From an uncultured Alphaproteobacteria bacterium (GTDB lineage: Bacteria > Pseudomonadota > Alphaproteobacteria > Rhizobiales > Xanthobacteraceae): a stretch of 64,000 bases of DNA. The stretch spans positions 3,497,389 through 3,561,388 of the forward strand of contig OY969766.1 in NCBI GenBank assembly GCA_963702885.1, written 5' to 3'. A program made the position numbers and the translations under genes. The stretch's first letter is position 1; each line of letters starts with the position of its first letter. Of the stretch, positions 62,154 through 64,000 are shown one piece after another. The notes under the pieces are model-generated. The model worked only from the letters and a program-made list of their open reading frames with translations, made no database searches and was not told the origin of the DNA.

Positions 62154-62282
62154 GTCTTCTCTCCCTTGCGGTCTTGATGGGCAGGTTGCCCGATAAAACA
62201 AGATTATTTGCAGACGCACGATGCCGCGCAGAAAAACCTGTGCGGATCGCTGTATCGATCGAGGAGTTGGGCGTGTGCGGAC

Positions 62283-64000
62283 TTATCCTCCAAAGTGATA
62301 TTTGAGACCGCCCTTGATAACGAGACCTGCACCAGCACTCGCCCACTTCACGTCGTTCTGGGTGTCGCTCGTTGTGCCGCGTTGAATGGCATAAGGCCTG
62401 TAGTATTGGTTCAACAGATTCTCGACCGAAGCCATCAGGGTGAGATTCTCCGTCGGCCTCACCGACAAATAGAGGTTGACGAGATCATACGACGTACCGG
62501 GCAGGTAGTTGGACGGAACGTTCGAATTCCCTTGCACGTTCGTCCACATAACTGACAGCGTCGCCTTGTAGTCCGCAAACCTGATACCCGCCGTCGTCGT
62601 GATTTTCTGAGGAGGTATGCTGTACAGACCGATACCTGTCTGAACGTTCTTGCCCCCCTGCACTGTCGCGGAGACACCAATGAACCACGCCTGCGCGTCA
62701 TACATCGTTTCCGCCTCGAAGCCGGAGATACGAGCGCCGGCGATATTCTGATACTGATAGAACTTGCTGGCGGTGTAAGTCGGAGGAAGCGGAGGATTGT
62801 CAGGCGCCTGAGGCGCCGACGCCACCAGATCGATGTAATCCACGACATCATTGCGGAAAACATTGAACTTGCCGCGGAAGCTGTCAGTCGCGTTGAATAC
62901 GCCATCCTTCTTCAGATTCAAACCGATTTCCTTTGTCCTGCCGATCTCCGGACGCAAATTGGGGTTCGGCAGGAAACAAAAGGTCGAATAAACGCCGACC
63001 GGTTGATCCGCGCACTGGAAGAAAGCATCAAACGTGGAAGCCGCAGCATGAGCACCGGTCACAAGCGTTTCGGTGATCGATGGAGCACGGTAGCCCTCCG
63101 CATAGCTCACATAAGGCGTAAAAACCGCTGCCGGGAAAAATCCGACCGTGACCTTTGGCGAAAAGCGATCTCCCCGCACGGAGGTCGTGCCGGAATCGAG
63201 CTGATAGTTGTCGTAGCGAACTGCGCTCACTAACTCGAGCAAAGAAGTGTAATTCGCCTTCCACTGCACGAAACCGCCCGAGACGGTACGAACGCCGCCA
63301 GGGGTCGTCACATTGGAGTTGCCACGGGAATCCCGCGTATTCACGTCATCGCGGAAGCCGTCAAAGCCATAAGTGACGGCGTGCCGCCAATCAGCGATCT
63401 CGAACCGGGACGTGTTGTGGACGTCAACGCCATAAGTATCGAGCAGATAGCTGCGGTTGTCGCCAATGCAGCCGGAGACGGCATTACCCGGTGCGACGCC
63501 ACCGCAATAGGCCGATTTGCTTGTGCTGGTATGGCCAACCTTGACCTGATCGTTTTCGGTGCGATTCCAGTAGATCTTCGCGTCCCAGTCGAACAGCTTG
63601 TCGTCAGGCTGCGAATACCTCCAGCCGAGCGACGTCGTGTAGTTCTTGACGTTAGTCGCGTAGATCGGCGTTCCGCCGTTTGGATCCTGCCCTCCGCCTG
63701 CAAAGGGCACTGTGTTTGGAGCGCCGGTAGGCCGCTTCGGCTGACCAACGTTGTAGATGTTTTCCTGAAAGATCGTGCCGAGCTTAACTTCATGGCCATC
63801 CGCAGGGCGCACCGTCAACTTGGCGATGCCACTCGACAGCCTGTTCCAGGTATTGGCCACCTCATAGTTGGTGCCATCCCGGTAGTTTCCTTGCGTCGAG
63901 TACGTGCCGCCAGCAAAAATATCGACGTTCGGATTAACGTGAACACCGCCGAACGCTGAGCTTGTGGCACGGCTTTGGTTGCTGCCGATGAGCGAATTGA
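62283..64000 (-). CDS. TonB-dependent outer-membrane receptor (heme/hemoglobin type), C-terminal ~570 aa; the gene continues past the right edge
   Basis: The frame stays open from 63860 to 64000 (checked codon by codon). It shows the beta-barrel repeat pattern and C-terminal GLVIKGGLKYHFGG. The heme assignment rests on the adjacent hmuQ-like and huvX genes. Confidence 0.85.
   Translation of the reverse strand, partial: NSLIGSNQSRATSSAFGGVHVNPNVDIFAGGTYSTQGNYRDGTNYEVANTWNRLSSGIAKLTVRPADGHEVKLGTIFQENIYNVGQPKRPTGAPNTVPFAGGGQDPNGGTPIYATNVKNYTTSLGWRYSQPDDKLFDWDAKIYWNRTENDQVKVGHTSTSKSAYCGGVAPGNAVSGCIGDNRSYLLDTYGVDVHNTSRFEIADWRHAVTYGFDGFRDDVNTRDSRGNSNVTTPGGVRTVSGGFVQWKANYTSLLELVSAVRYDNYQLDSGTTSVRGDRFSPKVTVGFFPAAVFTPYVSYAEGYRAPSITETLVTGAHAAASTFDAFFQCADQPVGVYSTFCFLPNPNLRPEIGRTKEIGLNLKKDGVFNATDSFRGKFNVFRNDVVDYIDLVASAPQAPDNPPLPPTYTASKFYQYQNIAGARISGFEAETMYDAQAWFIGVSATVQGGKNVQTGIGLYSIPPQKITTTAGIRFADYKATLSVMWTNVQGNSNVPSNYLPGTSYDLVNLYLSVRPTENLTLMASVENLLNQYYRPYAIQRGTTSDTQNDVKWASAGAGLVIKGGLKYHFGG

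Overview
GC-rich chromosomal segment whose gene content and synteny fit an alphaproteobacterium of the Bradyrhizobium/Rhodopseudomonas/Afipia type; this assignment is an inference, no search was run. It is almost entirely core housekeeping DNA, with about 60 protein genes. In order these are: fabD-fabG; rpsF-rpsR-(membrane protein)-rplI; cfa; dnaB-alr-radA-cvpA-purF; a YfgM-like gene, a lipoprotein and der; nnrU-panB; prfC; sugE; livGFHM; a GlxA / DJ-1 / Lin0512 / ArsC-family module; guaB-(membrane protein)-rsmB-like-guaA; rlmE-ppx; an ABC-F ATPase; a long valine-catabolism cluster (mmsA, acyl-CoA dehydrogenase, hydroxyisobutyryl-CoA hydrolase, mmsB, acyl-CoA synthetase, MFE-2-type SDR, flavoprotein); TetR/MFS/KAS II; MarR plus an RND efflux pair; and the end of a heme-uptake cluster (TonB-dependent receptor, IsdG-like oxygenase, HuvX). 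I found no rRNA, tRNA, CRISPR array, transposase, integrase or recognisable defence system, and nothing I can support as a new multi-gene system. Three observations stand out. (1) Three ORFs are broken: prfC by a frameshift, livM by an in-frame amber codon, and a CxxCH protein by a frameshift in its repeat tail. Each lesion can be repaired to a GANTC (CcrM methylation) motif, which points to methylation-linked base-calling error or motif-linked mutation. (2) A tandem ACGA-loop hairpin pair upstream of sugE fits a guanidine-II (mini-ykkC) riboswitch. (3) A short non-propeller lipoprotein sits where bamB lies in the yfgM-bamB-der arrangement. The ORF track starts ORFs at ATG, GTG or TTG, so many listed N-termini are over-extended; I re-picked starts where an internal ATG with a Shine-Dalgarno sequence or a signal peptide fitted better.
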